Assembly: GCA_963664195.1 (NCBI GenBank)
Contig: OY760907.1
Location: forward strand, 2,528,001 to 2,592,000
Direction: 5' to 3'
From: an uncultured candidate division Zixibacteria bacterium
Lineage (GTDB): Bacteria > Zixibacteria > MSB-5A5 > GN15 > FEB-12
Length of the DNA stretch: 64,000 bases
The position numbers were made by a program, and so were the translations under genes. Below are positions 9,358-18,717 of the stretch, piece by piece. The notes below the pieces were generated by a model. It saw nothing but the letters and a program-made list of their open reading frames with translations. It was not told the origin of the DNA and did no database searches. Each line of letters opens with the position of its first letter. Position 1 is the first letter of the stretch.

Positions 9358-10232
9358 GCAAGAATCTTATCGCTCGTATTTCGGTTGCAGCGGTTGCCAT
9401 ACCGGCTATCCTGTGGGTTTGCTACCAGGGGGGCGCCTGGCTCTTCGGCATGGTGTCGCTGTTTGCGCTCATCGGGCTGTGTGAGTATCTGTGGAATGAC
9501 GGCTACAAACCTAACGGTCCGTTTTTCTGGCTGGCGCTTATGGCAGTGGGGGCGATATTCGGATTGTTGCTGGAATTTGTTGTTCCGACGGAGTCGGCAG
9601 TTTCCACCGGCTTTGCGATATGGGTAATCTCGGTGCCGGTCATTCTGGTAATCTTCTTTCTCATCAGTACGATGGCTTTCGCTGTCGGCAAGCTGTCTCC
9701 CGATGAGTTGTTCAGACGTAGCACCCGACTCATGTGGGGAGTGATCTACATAGGACTGTTGTACCCCTGCGTGTATCTTGTCGGCGATGCCATTCCCAGG
9801 CCGTATGCAGACTGTCCTTCGGGCGGCGACTATCTCCTGTTTCTATTCGCCCTGTTGTGGGTGGGGGATACAGCGGCGATGGGGATCGGCGGTTGGCTCG
9901 GCAAACACAAGCTGGCTCCGGCAGTCTCACCGAACAAGACGATTGAGGGACTTCTCGGTGGTTTGGTTGGTGCGACTGTGATTGGTGTCATCATGATGTA
10001 CTGGAAACTCGACAGTTTCCCGTGGTACCACGTACTGGCGATTTCAATCGGTTGCTCGGTGTTCGGTCAGCTTGGTGATCTGGTGGAATCGATGTGGAAG
10101 CGATCTATCGGTATCAAGGATTCCTCGGCGCTGATCCCCGGCCACGGCGGTGTGCTTGACAGGTTTGACTCGCTCCTGTTCGCCGCACCGTTTATGTATG
10201 CCTACGTAACGCTCTACTTCATGATGCGATGA
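9354..10232 (+). CDS. cdsA: Phosphatidate cytidylyltransferase
   Basis: SPNKTIEG, GDLVESMWKR..GIKDS..LIPGHGGVLDRFDS. Confidence 0.96.
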   Translation: MSKNLIARISVAAVAIPAILWVCYQGGAWLFGMVSLFALIGLCEYLWNDGYKPNGPFFWLALMAVGAIFGLLLEFVVPTESAVSTGFAIWVISVPVILVIFFLISTMAFAVGKLSPDELFRRSTRLMWGVIYIGLLYPCVYLVGDAIPRPYADCPSGGDYLLFLFALLWVGDTAAMGIGGWLGKHKLAPAVSPNKTIEGLLGGLVGATVIGVIMMYWKLDSFPWYHVLAISIGCSVFGQLGDLVESMWKRSIGIKDSSALIPGHGGVLDRFDSLLFAAPFMYAYVTLYFMMR

Positions 10233-11140
10233 GAATACTGGATTTCTTCTTCGCCTCTCGCCCTTTGTTGCACCTGCCGATCTGGAGTGTCTACCTCGTC
10301 GCGTTGCATTTTCATGACGAGCTGTCGGGAGAAGGATTCGGCTGGACTGATCTGGTTGTCATGGCTGGAATCAGCCTGCTGTTTTCGGGGGCGGCGTACT
10401 TGAATCAGGTATTTGATTTCGAGTCTGATCGGATCAATAACAAGCTCGGGTTTCTTCAGCAGGGATTCATCAGTCAACCGCAGATGCTGGCCGCTTTTGT
10501 GGTTGTCTCATTGCCGCCAATGGCGGTGGCGCCGTTGTTTTCGATGGCGACCTTGTTCATTTTCGCCCAGTTTCTGTTGCTTGCGTATCTCTATTCAGCG
10601 CCGCCGTTCCGGTTGAAAGATCGCCCGATTCTGGGACTGTTTGCCAACTCGTGGGCGCACGGGTTTCTTGTCGCGATGGCCGTGATGCCGGATATCTCCA
10701 TTCACAATGCCGGATTGCTCGGATGGGACAGTCCCCTGTATTTCTTTTTGACCGTGGCGGCGGTGCACACGCTGACGACGATTCCGGACCGTGAGGGGGA
10801 CAGGGCAACAGGCAAAACGACAATCGGAGTCGTTCTGGGGCGTGGCTGGTCATTGGCGGTGGCTCTCGTGTTTGTGGGACTGTCCGTCTGGGTAGCGTGG
10901 TACTCAGGCTTTGCGCCGCTGGTTTATCTATCGCTGGCTTCGATGTTCCCTATTCTCGCCGCCATGATCATTCGAATCGACAGCACCGTGCTTTTTGCCG
11001 CCAAAGCGCCTATTCTTGCGCTGACGTTCATGGCCGGATATTTCTTCCCGCTGTATTTCGTGTTTGTAGTTGCTCTGCTGTTTGGCTGTCGGATATATTA
11101 CCTCAAGAGGTTTAATATGATATATCCGAAATTGGCCTGA
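10229..11140 (+). CDS. UbiA-superfamily intramembrane prenyltransferase
   Basis: NQVFDFESD (NxxxDxxxD), YSAPPFRLK, PDREGDRATGKTT (DxxGD); multiple TM helices. Confidence 0.85.
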   Translation: MRILDFFFASRPLLHLPIWSVYLVALHFHDELSGEGFGWTDLVVMAGISLLFSGAAYLNQVFDFESDRINNKLGFLQQGFISQPQMLAAFVVVSLPPMAVAPLFSMATLFIFAQFLLLAYLYSAPPFRLKDRPILGLFANSWAHGFLVAMAVMPDISIHNAGLLGWDSPLYFFLTVAAVHTLTTIPDREGDRATGKTTIGVVLGRGWSLAVALVFVGLSVWVAWYSGFAPLVYLSLASMFPILAAMIIRIDSTVLFAAKAPILALTFMAGYFFPLYFVFVVALLFGCRIYYLKRFNMIYPKLA

Positions 11141-11655
11141 TGCGGGCACCAACGCCTTTCATCCTCCTGCTGTTTCTCGCCTGTGTGGGGTGTGCCGCGC
11201 ATCCTCGCTACCGGGCAGGCTCCGCAGTCAAGCCGCGTGAGGTCAACCAGATCAGCGTGCAGTTCTCCACTGAGGAGTATGTCCGGTTTGGACTGATAAT
11301 CGAGACGTACCTCGGCAAACCGTATGCCGGGTCATCTAAATGGGAAGAAGGACTGGACTGCTCGAAATTCACTGGCGACGTTTACAAATCGTTTAACCGA
11401 ACCGTTCTCCCTCGCCAGGCCGCTGACCAGTTCAAAGAAGGACGGGACATCCCGCGCAATCGACTGAAATTCGGCGATCTGGTCTTTTTCAACACCGATG
11501 GCCGTGGCATCTCTCATGTTGGGATTGCCGTCGGATACAACGAGTTTGTCCACGCTTCCAGTTCGCGCGGAGTAATCATCAGTGACCTGAGCGAGAAGTA
11601 TTGGGCCAAGCGATTTGCCGGTGCCCGCCGGATCATCAAGACCCACGAGAAGTGA
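11140..11655 (+). CDS. NlpC/P60 family peptidase, probable lipoprotein
   Basis: GKPY, GLDCS, GDLVFF, SHVGI, FVHASSSRGV; lipobox-like ACVGC. Confidence 0.92.
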   Translation: MRAPTPFILLLFLACVGCAAHPRYRAGSAVKPREVNQISVQFSTEEYVRFGLIIETYLGKPYAGSSKWEEGLDCSKFTGDVYKSFNRTVLPRQAADQFKEGRDIPRNRLKFGDLVFFNTDGRGISHVGIAVGYNEFVHASSSRGVIISDLSEKYWAKRFAGARRIIKTHEK

Positions 11656-11686
11656 ACCTGACGGCTGTATCGCCGTTTAAGAAAAC

Positions 11687-13513
11687 ATGACCAGCGTCCC
11701 CGACAGCCTGCAGCTCAAACTCAAGAATCTTCCGACCAACCCCGGTGTTTATCTGTTCAAGAACAACAAGGGGAAGATCATATATATCGGGAAGGCGAAG
11801 AACCTTCGCAATCGTGTACGGACGTATTTCCAGAGTCAGGACCGGCACCAGGAACGTACGCGACGCATGGTTGCGAAAGTGGCCGATCTGGAGTTGATGG
11901 TCACCGCTAATGAAATCGAGTCGCTGATTCTCGAAGCAAACCTTGTCCACGAGCACAAACCGCGCTACAACGTGATGCTCAAGGATGACAAACATTTTCC
12001 GTATGTCAAAATCACAACCAATGAACCGTTCCCGCGCGTGTTGGTGGTCCGAAGACTGGAGAAGGACAAAGCGACTTACTTTGGCCCGTACACAAGCTCC
12101 AAAGGGATGCGCAAGACGCTGGCGTTCCTGACGCGGATGTTTAAGATTCGATCCTGCGCATATACCATCCCGCCCCCCGAGGGCAAGTCGTATCAGGTCT
12201 GTCTCGACTATCATATCAAGCGTTGTGCGGGTCCGTGCGAAGGGCTTGTCTCCCTGGAAGAGTACGGCGAGGGGGTGCAGAATATCATCCTTGCACTACA
12301 GGGGAAGTCGAAAGCACTGATTGCCCGTCTGACCGAACGGATGCAGGCCTCGTCGAATGCTTTGAACTTTGAGGACGCGCAGGAATGTCGTGATCGAATC
12401 GAGGCGCTCAAGTCGGTCATATTCAAGCAGAGTGTGGACGTCGGCGAGTTGGTTGACCGTGATATTGTAGCCGTCGCCCGCGAGGGGACGGACGGTGTTG
12501 CGGTTGTCCTGCAGATCCGCGAGGGGGGATTGATCGGGCGACAGCATTTCCAGTTGTCAGCTGAAGCCGACGACAGCGACGAAAACGTGCTCGAGACGTT
12601 CATCCAGCAGTATTACAACCATCAACCGAACATCCCCGAGGAACTCTGTCTGCCCCAGGAAGTGGCAGAGGCCAAACTGATCGAAAAGTGGCTTCGACAG
12701 GAGCGCGGGGGGAAGATGAGAGTGTTCACGCCAAAGATCGGCGAGAAAACACGGCTGGTCGATCTCGCGGCGAAAAATGCGCGGTTGATGCTCGATGAGA
12801 TGCTGATCCAGAAACGAACCTTCACCGAACGGATCAGCAAAATGGTGACCTCGCTCAAAGACGAACTCTCGCTGTCCAAATCGCCGCAGCGCATGGTCTG
12901 TTTTGATATCTCGAACACGGGGGAGACCGACTCGGTCGGCTCATGTGCCTTCTTTGACAATGGAAAGCCTAAAAAGGCCGAGTATCGGCATTTCAAGATC
13001 AAAGGCGCGGTCGGACGTCAGGATGATTTCCTGATGATGCGCGAAGTGGTCGGGCGGTATTTCCATCGCATTCGCGAAGACGAGCTTGACCCGCCGGATT
13101 TGGTTGTTGTCGACGGCGGCAAGGGACAGCTATCGAACGCGCGTGCGGAGTTGAAGTCGCTGGGGTTCGAGGATCAGATGGTGATCGGTCTGGCCAAACG
13201 GCTCGAAGAGGTGTTCCTGCCGGAACGGTCTGACCCGATTACGATACCACGCGGCGCCCCGGCGTTGATTTTGTTGAAACGCATCCGCGACGAAGCTCAT
13301 AGGTTCGCGATCACGTACAACCGCAAGGTCCGCACGAAACGAACGATCAAATCGGCACTGGACGACATTCCCGGAATCGGCCCGGCCAAACGTACGGCGT
13401 TGCTGAAGAAGTTCGGTTCGGTGAAACGGATCAAAGAGGCGACCGCCGACGAGATTGCCGAAATCAAAGGCATCAACAAAGCGATGGCGGAGAAGATTCT
13501 GAAGGGGTTGTAG
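11687..13513 (+). CDS. uvrC: Excinuclease ABC subunit C
   Basis: PGVYLF..IIYIGKAKNLRNRV (GIY-YIG), FDIS, VDGGKGQ, RDEAHRFA, HhH C-terminus. Confidence 0.98.
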   Translation: MTSVPDSLQLKLKNLPTNPGVYLFKNNKGKIIYIGKAKNLRNRVRTYFQSQDRHQERTRRMVAKVADLELMVTANEIESLILEANLVHEHKPRYNVMLKDDKHFPYVKITTNEPFPRVLVVRRLEKDKATYFGPYTSSKGMRKTLAFLTRMFKIRSCAYTIPPPEGKSYQVCLDYHIKRCAGPCEGLVSLEEYGEGVQNIILALQGKSKALIARLTERMQASSNALNFEDAQECRDRIEALKSVIFKQSVDVGELVDRDIVAVAREGTDGVAVVLQIREGGLIGRQHFQLSAEADDSDENVLETFIQQYYNHQPNIPEELCLPQEVAEAKLIEKWLRQERGGKMRVFTPKIGEKTRLVDLAAKNARLMLDEMLIQKRTFTERISKMVTSLKDELSLSKSPQRMVCFDISNTGETDSVGSCAFFDNGKPKKAEYRHFKIKGAVGRQDDFLMMREVVGRYFHRIREDELDPPDLVVVDGGKGQLSNARAELKSLGFEDQMVIGLAKRLEEVFLPERSDPITIPRGAPALILLKRIRDEAHRFAITYNRKVRTKRTIKSALDDIPGIGPAKRTALLKKFGSVKRIKEATADEIAEIKGINKAMAEKILKGL

Positions 13514-13529
13514 GGCATGTCATGGGTTT

Positions 13530-13556
13530 GTAGGTCGAAACCCCTACGGTTTCGAC
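13530..13556 (+). repeat. REP-like palindrome
   Basis: GTAG followed by perfect stem GTCGAAACC-CCTAC-GGTTTCGAC. Confidence 0.6.
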
Positions 13557-13640
13557 AATTGCCTTCTACCGCACCCCGCCTCAGGCGGTCATCGCTTGCG
13601 GTGCGAATGGGATTCGACGCTTGGCCAATCGGATGTGTAC

Positions 13641-15905
13641 TTAGCTACGTGGGCCTCTATTGCGGTACTTTCCTTCCAGTTTCTTCGTTGCATGGGCTGC
13701 CAAGGTGCGTCTCTTACCCTCAACACTAAGTTGTCTGGCGCCGAGGTCGTGCTTTTTCGCGATCTCCAGCGCGCGGTCGTAGGACACAATTGCCGCCGCA
13801 AGATTGAATGCTTGATCCTCATGGGATGATAATCTGAAGTGAGCATCTCCTTGATTGGACAGAGTGGCCGCGAAGCCGTCCGGATACGCCTCTGGATCAT
13901 AGCCCTTCAGTGCCTCCTTGCACGCTGAGATAGCCTCCTTGAGGTTGGCCGGAGACGATTGGGAGCCTGCCAGAAACAGGAAGGCGTGTCCTCTATTCTG
14001 TTGACTTGCGGCATAATGCCATGGGTATCGATCCAATGTGTAAGTTTCAAGCGCGCGGTCGAAAGATGAAATCGATCTAAGGGTGTTTTGCACTTTGTCT
14101 TGAGTCTCGGCCAGCGTCAGATAGGCGTTTCCCATATTGTACCATGCCAAGGCGCGGCCCAAGGAAGACACGTGGCGTCGATCGATCTCCAAGGCACTCT
14201 TGCACTCTGCGATTGCCGTCTTGCAGTTCTCTTCTTTGTTCTCAACGCTAGCCAAGGTCCAGTGTAGTCCCCCCAGATTGTTCTTGTTTATAGCGTAGAT
14301 ATCTGGGTACTCGTCGGCAGAGTAAACTCTCGCCGCCTCGCCACATGCGGCGATAGCTCTACGGCAGTTCCGAGCAGTATCCTCGACATTGGCCAGTTCA
14401 CCGTAGGCGCATGCAACATTGGTCTGGGCCAAAGCGAAGTCACGGGGATAGTCTTCGAAAGTGTATATCTCCAATGCTCCTCTGTAGGCCGCTATTGCCT
14501 TTCTAGTGTTCTGCCCTCTCTCATGAAAACGAGCAAGTGTTACAAAGGCGTTACCGAGGCTGATTTGGCACGTGGCGAGGTCTGACGGCCGTTTAAGTCT
14601 GCCGTAGACACTTGAAGCATTCCCCAGAACTTCCACCGCTGACTGAACGTGACTCGGATTGCCTTGACATTCCGTCAAACCTTGAAGTGCCACGCCCTTA
14701 TTGTGCGCAGCGTTCGCAAACCCTAGTGCGTCTTGCTCCGGTGACCATGTCAACAGGGCCCAGTCATAGGCTTCGACCGCCATTTCGTCGTATTCGACCG
14801 TGTCTGTGCAACTCTGACCGGCTTTGAGCGCTGCGTTGCCCAGCCACCACATGGCCACCGGATCATCGCCAAACAGACCCAGCATGGACCGGAAATTGTC
14901 CATCAGTTGGACCTCATCCATAACAATCTGCTCCAGATAGGTCTGCTCAACCGTGATGGTCTCACCGGCCTCGCGGAGAAAGGCTCGGTGCTCTAATCTC
15001 CCAAGCAGTGCCTTCCACTCGTGCGGCTTCAGTGTCAACTCATTGAGCGACTCAAACACTCGCTTCACCCGGTCTACGGAGAACTCCTCCTTACCTTCGT
15101 AGATACCCGCGAGATATAACCGCCGGAGACTCTGCAACACGGCTTTCTGATTCTCGTCGCATTCGTCGTAGCGTTTCCGCATAGTGTCAAGCGGTAGAAA
15201 GATAGAGCCGACTGTACCGTTGAAGTGCTCCGGCACCGTCTTGCCGGTGCTATCTGCTACTTCGTTCGCAAACTCTGCAGGAGCCTTTTCTATCTCGATC
15301 GGATCGCCGAAGAGAGAGAAGTAGCTGTCGAGTTTGGCTCTTGCGGTAGCCAACTCTGGTCCGCTCCGGCATGTGGCGACGATGATGCCCCTATCTTGGA
15401 TGTCACATCGTTCGAATCTATTCAATAGGTGCTTGCAGTTGTTGAGCTTGGCGTAGTTCTCAAGATCGTCGAGAAGGAGTACTGGGTTGCCGGTCTCCAT
15501 CAGACGCTTTGGTATCTCGAAATTCTCGACATCTATGTCCGTGGGATACGGGATCAAGACATCATGTCTGTCATTCAGGGAGCGCAAGGCCTGAAGCACA
15601 GCCCTGGACTTACCGGCCAAGGGATCACCAGTTACCAGAACATTCTTGCCATCCTCTATCCGTTTGCGGATTTCCTCATCGTGCTGTCGGGGTTTGTAGT
15701 ACTCGTGAAATCCGTACTTGGCCTTGCCTCTTAACGAGCCCATGACCTCTTCAGGCTGAAGATTGCTGGATTTCTTCCAGACTACGGCGTATTGGCCTTC
15801 ACGGCGAGTCTTCTTCTCTCGATTCCTCTGGATCGCAAAGGATATCCCCCATACTACCAGGCCGACGACGACTCCGATGACAATAGTAGCCCAAATAGGT
15901 TCCAT
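13641..15905 (-). CDS. N-terminal TM helix + P-loop NTPase + TPR repeat protein (STAND-like architecture)
   Basis: Hydrophobic N-terminus; Walker A GDPLAGKS; Walker B LLLDD; IIVATCR; repeated TPR-like units (e.g. AWYNMGNAY, AIAAYRGALE, QNRGHAF). Confidence 0.8.
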   Translation of the reverse strand: MEPIWATIVIGVVVGLVVWGISFAIQRNREKKTRREGQYAVVWKKSSNLQPEEVMGSLRGKAKYGFHEYYKPRQHDEEIRKRIEDGKNVLVTGDPLAGKSRAVLQALRSLNDRHDVLIPYPTDIDVENFEIPKRLMETGNPVLLLDDLENYAKLNNCKHLLNRFERCDIQDRGIIVATCRSGPELATARAKLDSYFSLFGDPIEIEKAPAEFANEVADSTGKTVPEHFNGTVGSIFLPLDTMRKRYDECDENQKAVLQSLRRLYLAGIYEGKEEFSVDRVKRVFESLNELTLKPHEWKALLGRLEHRAFLREAGETITVEQTYLEQIVMDEVQLMDNFRSMLGLFGDDPVAMWWLGNAALKAGQSCTDTVEYDEMAVEAYDWALLTWSPEQDALGFANAAHNKGVALQGLTECQGNPSHVQSAVEVLGNASSVYGRLKRPSDLATCQISLGNAFVTLARFHERGQNTRKAIAAYRGALEIYTFEDYPRDFALAQTNVACAYGELANVEDTARNCRRAIAACGEAARVYSADEYPDIYAINKNNLGGLHWTLASVENKEENCKTAIAECKSALEIDRRHVSSLGRALAWYNMGNAYLTLAETQDKVQNTLRSISSFDRALETYTLDRYPWHYAASQQNRGHAFLFLAGSQSSPANLKEAISACKEALKGYDPEAYPDGFAATLSNQGDAHFRLSSHEDQAFNLAAAIVSYDRALEIAKKHDLGARQLSVEGKRRTLAAHATKKLEGKYRNRGPRS

Positions 15906-16018
15906 GCTTCACATGCTCTCGTGCGATAGGTTCTGATAGAAATTCCCCGATGCTATTGACAGAATATAGCATATTGTCAACGGAGAGCAAGGTTTCGATT
16001 ATTGGTTTTGGAAAGACG

Positions 16019-16290
16019 CAATCAAGTGATGCACATTTCGACAGGCTCAATGTGACTTGATTGCCAGAGTGACTTGATTGGAATCCACTCGCACCGCAAG
16101 CGGATGCGGCACCAAGGCGAAGAGGATATACGGAGTCTCAGGGTAAGGGTGCCACCCTCAAGCGATTTAGCAAGTATACGATCTAGTCTTCCGTTCGGAG
16201 CTTGTGGGTGAAGGATCAGTCGGCTGCAAGAGCCTGTCAGGTTTCTCCGTCACAAGGTTTGTGACCTTGGAACGCCGATCTACAAGACAA
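16019..16290. repeat. Mosaic of short palindromic repeats upstream of xseA
   Basis: TTTCGACAGGCTCAATGTGAC, duplicated GTGACTTGATTG, CGCACCGCAAGCGGATGCG, GGGTGCCACCC, GTCACAAGGTTTGTGAC. Confidence 0.55.
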
Positions 16291-16345
16291 AACTCCCCCC
16301 CATTAAATCATTGCCAAAGCCCTGAAACATCGCCTATTATCCCCC

Positions 16346-17557
16346 ATGCAAGACCGTCCACAGGCTTACACCGTCAGCGCTATCACCCGTATGATCAAAA
16401 GTGCCCTCGAAGGGCAGTTCCAGGGCATTTGGGTTGAGGGCGAGATTTCCAACTATCACCACCACTCGTCCGGGCATCGGTATATCACCCTCAAGGACGA
16501 TAAGGCCGTCATCAAAGTGACGATGTGGAAATCGATGGGGGCGTATCTCAAGTTCGAGCCGGAAAACGGCCAGAAGGTGCTAGCATTCGGCGATATCTCC
16601 GTGTACGAGAAAGGCGGCCAGTATCAACTCACGGCCAAACGTCTCGTCCCGGCCGGTATGGGTGAGTTGGAACTCGCATTCAGGCAACTCTACGAAAAGC
16701 TGCACGCCGAGGGGCTATTCGACGAAGCCCTGAAGAAACCGCTACCGTCGTATCCCAAGAAGATCGGGATTGTCACTTCGCCGACCGGGGCCGCGATTCG
16801 CGATATTATTCAGATCGCCCGCCGTCGCAATCACACCGTGCAACTAATCATCTACCCGGCCAAAGTCCAGGGAGACGGGGCGGAGGAGACAATAGCCGCC
16901 GGTATCCGGTATTTCAATACGCGCGACGATATCGATATTGTCATCACCGGACGAGGGGGAGGTTCACTCGAAGATCTGTGGCCGTTCAACACGGAGACAA
17001 CGGTGCGTGCGATTGTAGCATCGAATATCCCGGTCGTATCGGCAGTAGGCCATGAGGTGGACATAACGTTGTCCGATCTGGCCTCGGATCTTCGCACTCC
17101 GACGCCTTCGGCGGCGGCGGAGTTGGCGGTCTGGTCGCTCGATGATTACATGGATTTGGTCCAATCGCTTGTCCGCGATGCAACGGCCAGTCTGAAATAT
17201 CGGGTGACACGGGCGCGTCAGGAGTTGGATTCGACGCTCGACAGGCCCGTGTATCAGAGGCCACTGGACCTTGTGAATCAACGTCGCCAGCATCTTGATG
17301 TCAGTCACCAACTGCTATCGAGTGCGGGAAAAAACAGTTTGGAGCGTCACAAGAACCGGTTATCTTTAAGGCTGTCCTCGCTGGAAGCGCTATCACCGCT
17401 CAAGACTCTGGCGAGAGGGTATTCGGTCAGTCGGGGCGCCGACAATCATGCGCTAATCAAGTCGCTGAAGGATATCGACGAGGGCGGAAAGATGGAAACG
17501 ATACTGCCCGATGGCCGTCTGGTCTCGGTCGTGGAATCGAAACAAGAGAAGTTATAG
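16346..17557 (+). CDS. xseA: Exodeoxyribonuclease VII large subunit
   Basis: IWVEGEISN..SGHRY, IGIVTSPTGAAIRD, RGGGSLEDLWPFN, SAVGHE. Confidence 0.97.
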   Translation: MQDRPQAYTVSAITRMIKSALEGQFQGIWVEGEISNYHHHSSGHRYITLKDDKAVIKVTMWKSMGAYLKFEPENGQKVLAFGDISVYEKGGQYQLTAKRLVPAGMGELELAFRQLYEKLHAEGLFDEALKKPLPSYPKKIGIVTSPTGAAIRDIIQIARRRNHTVQLIIYPAKVQGDGAEETIAAGIRYFNTRDDIDIVITGRGGGSLEDLWPFNTETTVRAIVASNIPVVSAVGHEVDITLSDLASDLRTPTPSAAAELAVWSLDDYMDLVQSLVRDATASLKYRVTRARQELDSTLDRPVYQRPLDLVNQRRQHLDVSHQLLSSAGKNSLERHKNRLSLRLSSLEALSPLKTLARGYSVSRGADNHALIKSLKDIDEGGKMETILPDGRLVSVVESKQEKL

Positions 17558-17565
17558 TTGCAACC

Positions 17566-17811
17566 ATGACGGCAAAAAAGAAATATAAAGACTATGAGTC
17601 GGCCATGGAGCGGCTCGAAGAGATTACCGAGCAGTTGGAGTCCGGCGAACCGAAATTGGAAGAGGCAATAGACCTCTACACCGAAGGACTCCAGATTGCG
17701 AAATTCTGCGACGGCAAGCTTTCGGAGGCAGAAGCCAAAATCAAGCTGATCGCCGAGAAGAACGGCGTTGTCGCTGAGGTTGATTTTGAAGAAGAGGATG
17801 AGGGCATTTGA
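17566..17811 (+). CDS. xseB: Exodeoxyribonuclease VII small subunit
   Basis: YESAMERLEEI..LESGE..LEEAIDLYTEG..C..KLSEAE. Confidence 0.95.
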   Translation: MTAKKKYKDYESAMERLEEITEQLESGEPKLEEAIDLYTEGLQIAKFCDGKLSEAEAKIKLIAEKNGVVAEVDFEEEDEGI

Positions 17812-18696
17812 CGTCATTTACCGCTATTGACGGACGGCAGTATCTTGAAGACGGTCGCAAACTGACCGATCGACTGCTGGACGAGTATATGCCTTCGGAG
17901 GAGACCGAGCCACGTTCACTTCATGAGGCAATGCGATACTCGCTCATGGCGGGGGGCAAGCGGCTTCGTCCGATTCTGGCTCTGGCGGCCTTCGAGTATT
18001 GTGGCGGTGACGCCTCGCAAGATACCGACAGAATTCATCGGGCGATGGCAGCGCTGGAGGCAGTGCACACATATTCGCTGATCCATGACGATTTGCCGTG
18101 CATGGACGACGATGACCTTCGCCGCGGCATGCCAACCTGTCATAAGAAGTTCGACGAGGCAATAGCCACACTGGCCGGTGATGCTCTGCACGTGATCGCA
18201 TTTGAGCTGATGGCTGGTACGGGATCTGTTGACGTTGTGATGGAATTGGCCGAAGCGGTGGGCACTTCCGGTATGCTCGGCGGTCAGATGGCGGATATGG
18301 AGGCCGAGGGGCGTCCGGTCACGCGCGATGAAGTGATGAATATACATTGCCGCAAGACTGGAGCGTTGATACGTGGCTCGGTGCGGATCGGTGCGATTCT
18401 TGCCGGTGCGACACCGGAGCAATTGCAGCGACTGACGGTTTATGGTGAGAAGATCGGCCTTGCGTTCCAAATAGTTGACGATGTCCTTGATATTGTCGGA
18501 GATCAGGAACTGCTGGGTAAGACAAGTCGGTTCGGATACTAAGAACCAGAAGGCAACTTATCCGGGTGCGATTGGCACCGAGGCGTCGCGCGAAGAAGCA
18601 ACACGGCTTATCGACGGTGCCCTCGATCTGTTTGACCCGGACGAAGACAATTTCCTAATGTATCTCGCACGGTTTATCGGCCAAAGGGAAAGCTGA
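17808..18696 (+). CDS. ispA: Farnesyl/geranylgeranyl diphosphate synthase, interrupted by a +1 frameshift near 18522
   Basis: GGKRLRP, HTYSLIHDDLPCMDDDDLRRG, FQIVDD; conserved GSD..NQKATYP C-terminus continues in another frame to TGA at 18696. Confidence 0.9.
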
Positions 18697-18717
18697 AGCG
18701 AAGCGTATAGAACTGTA

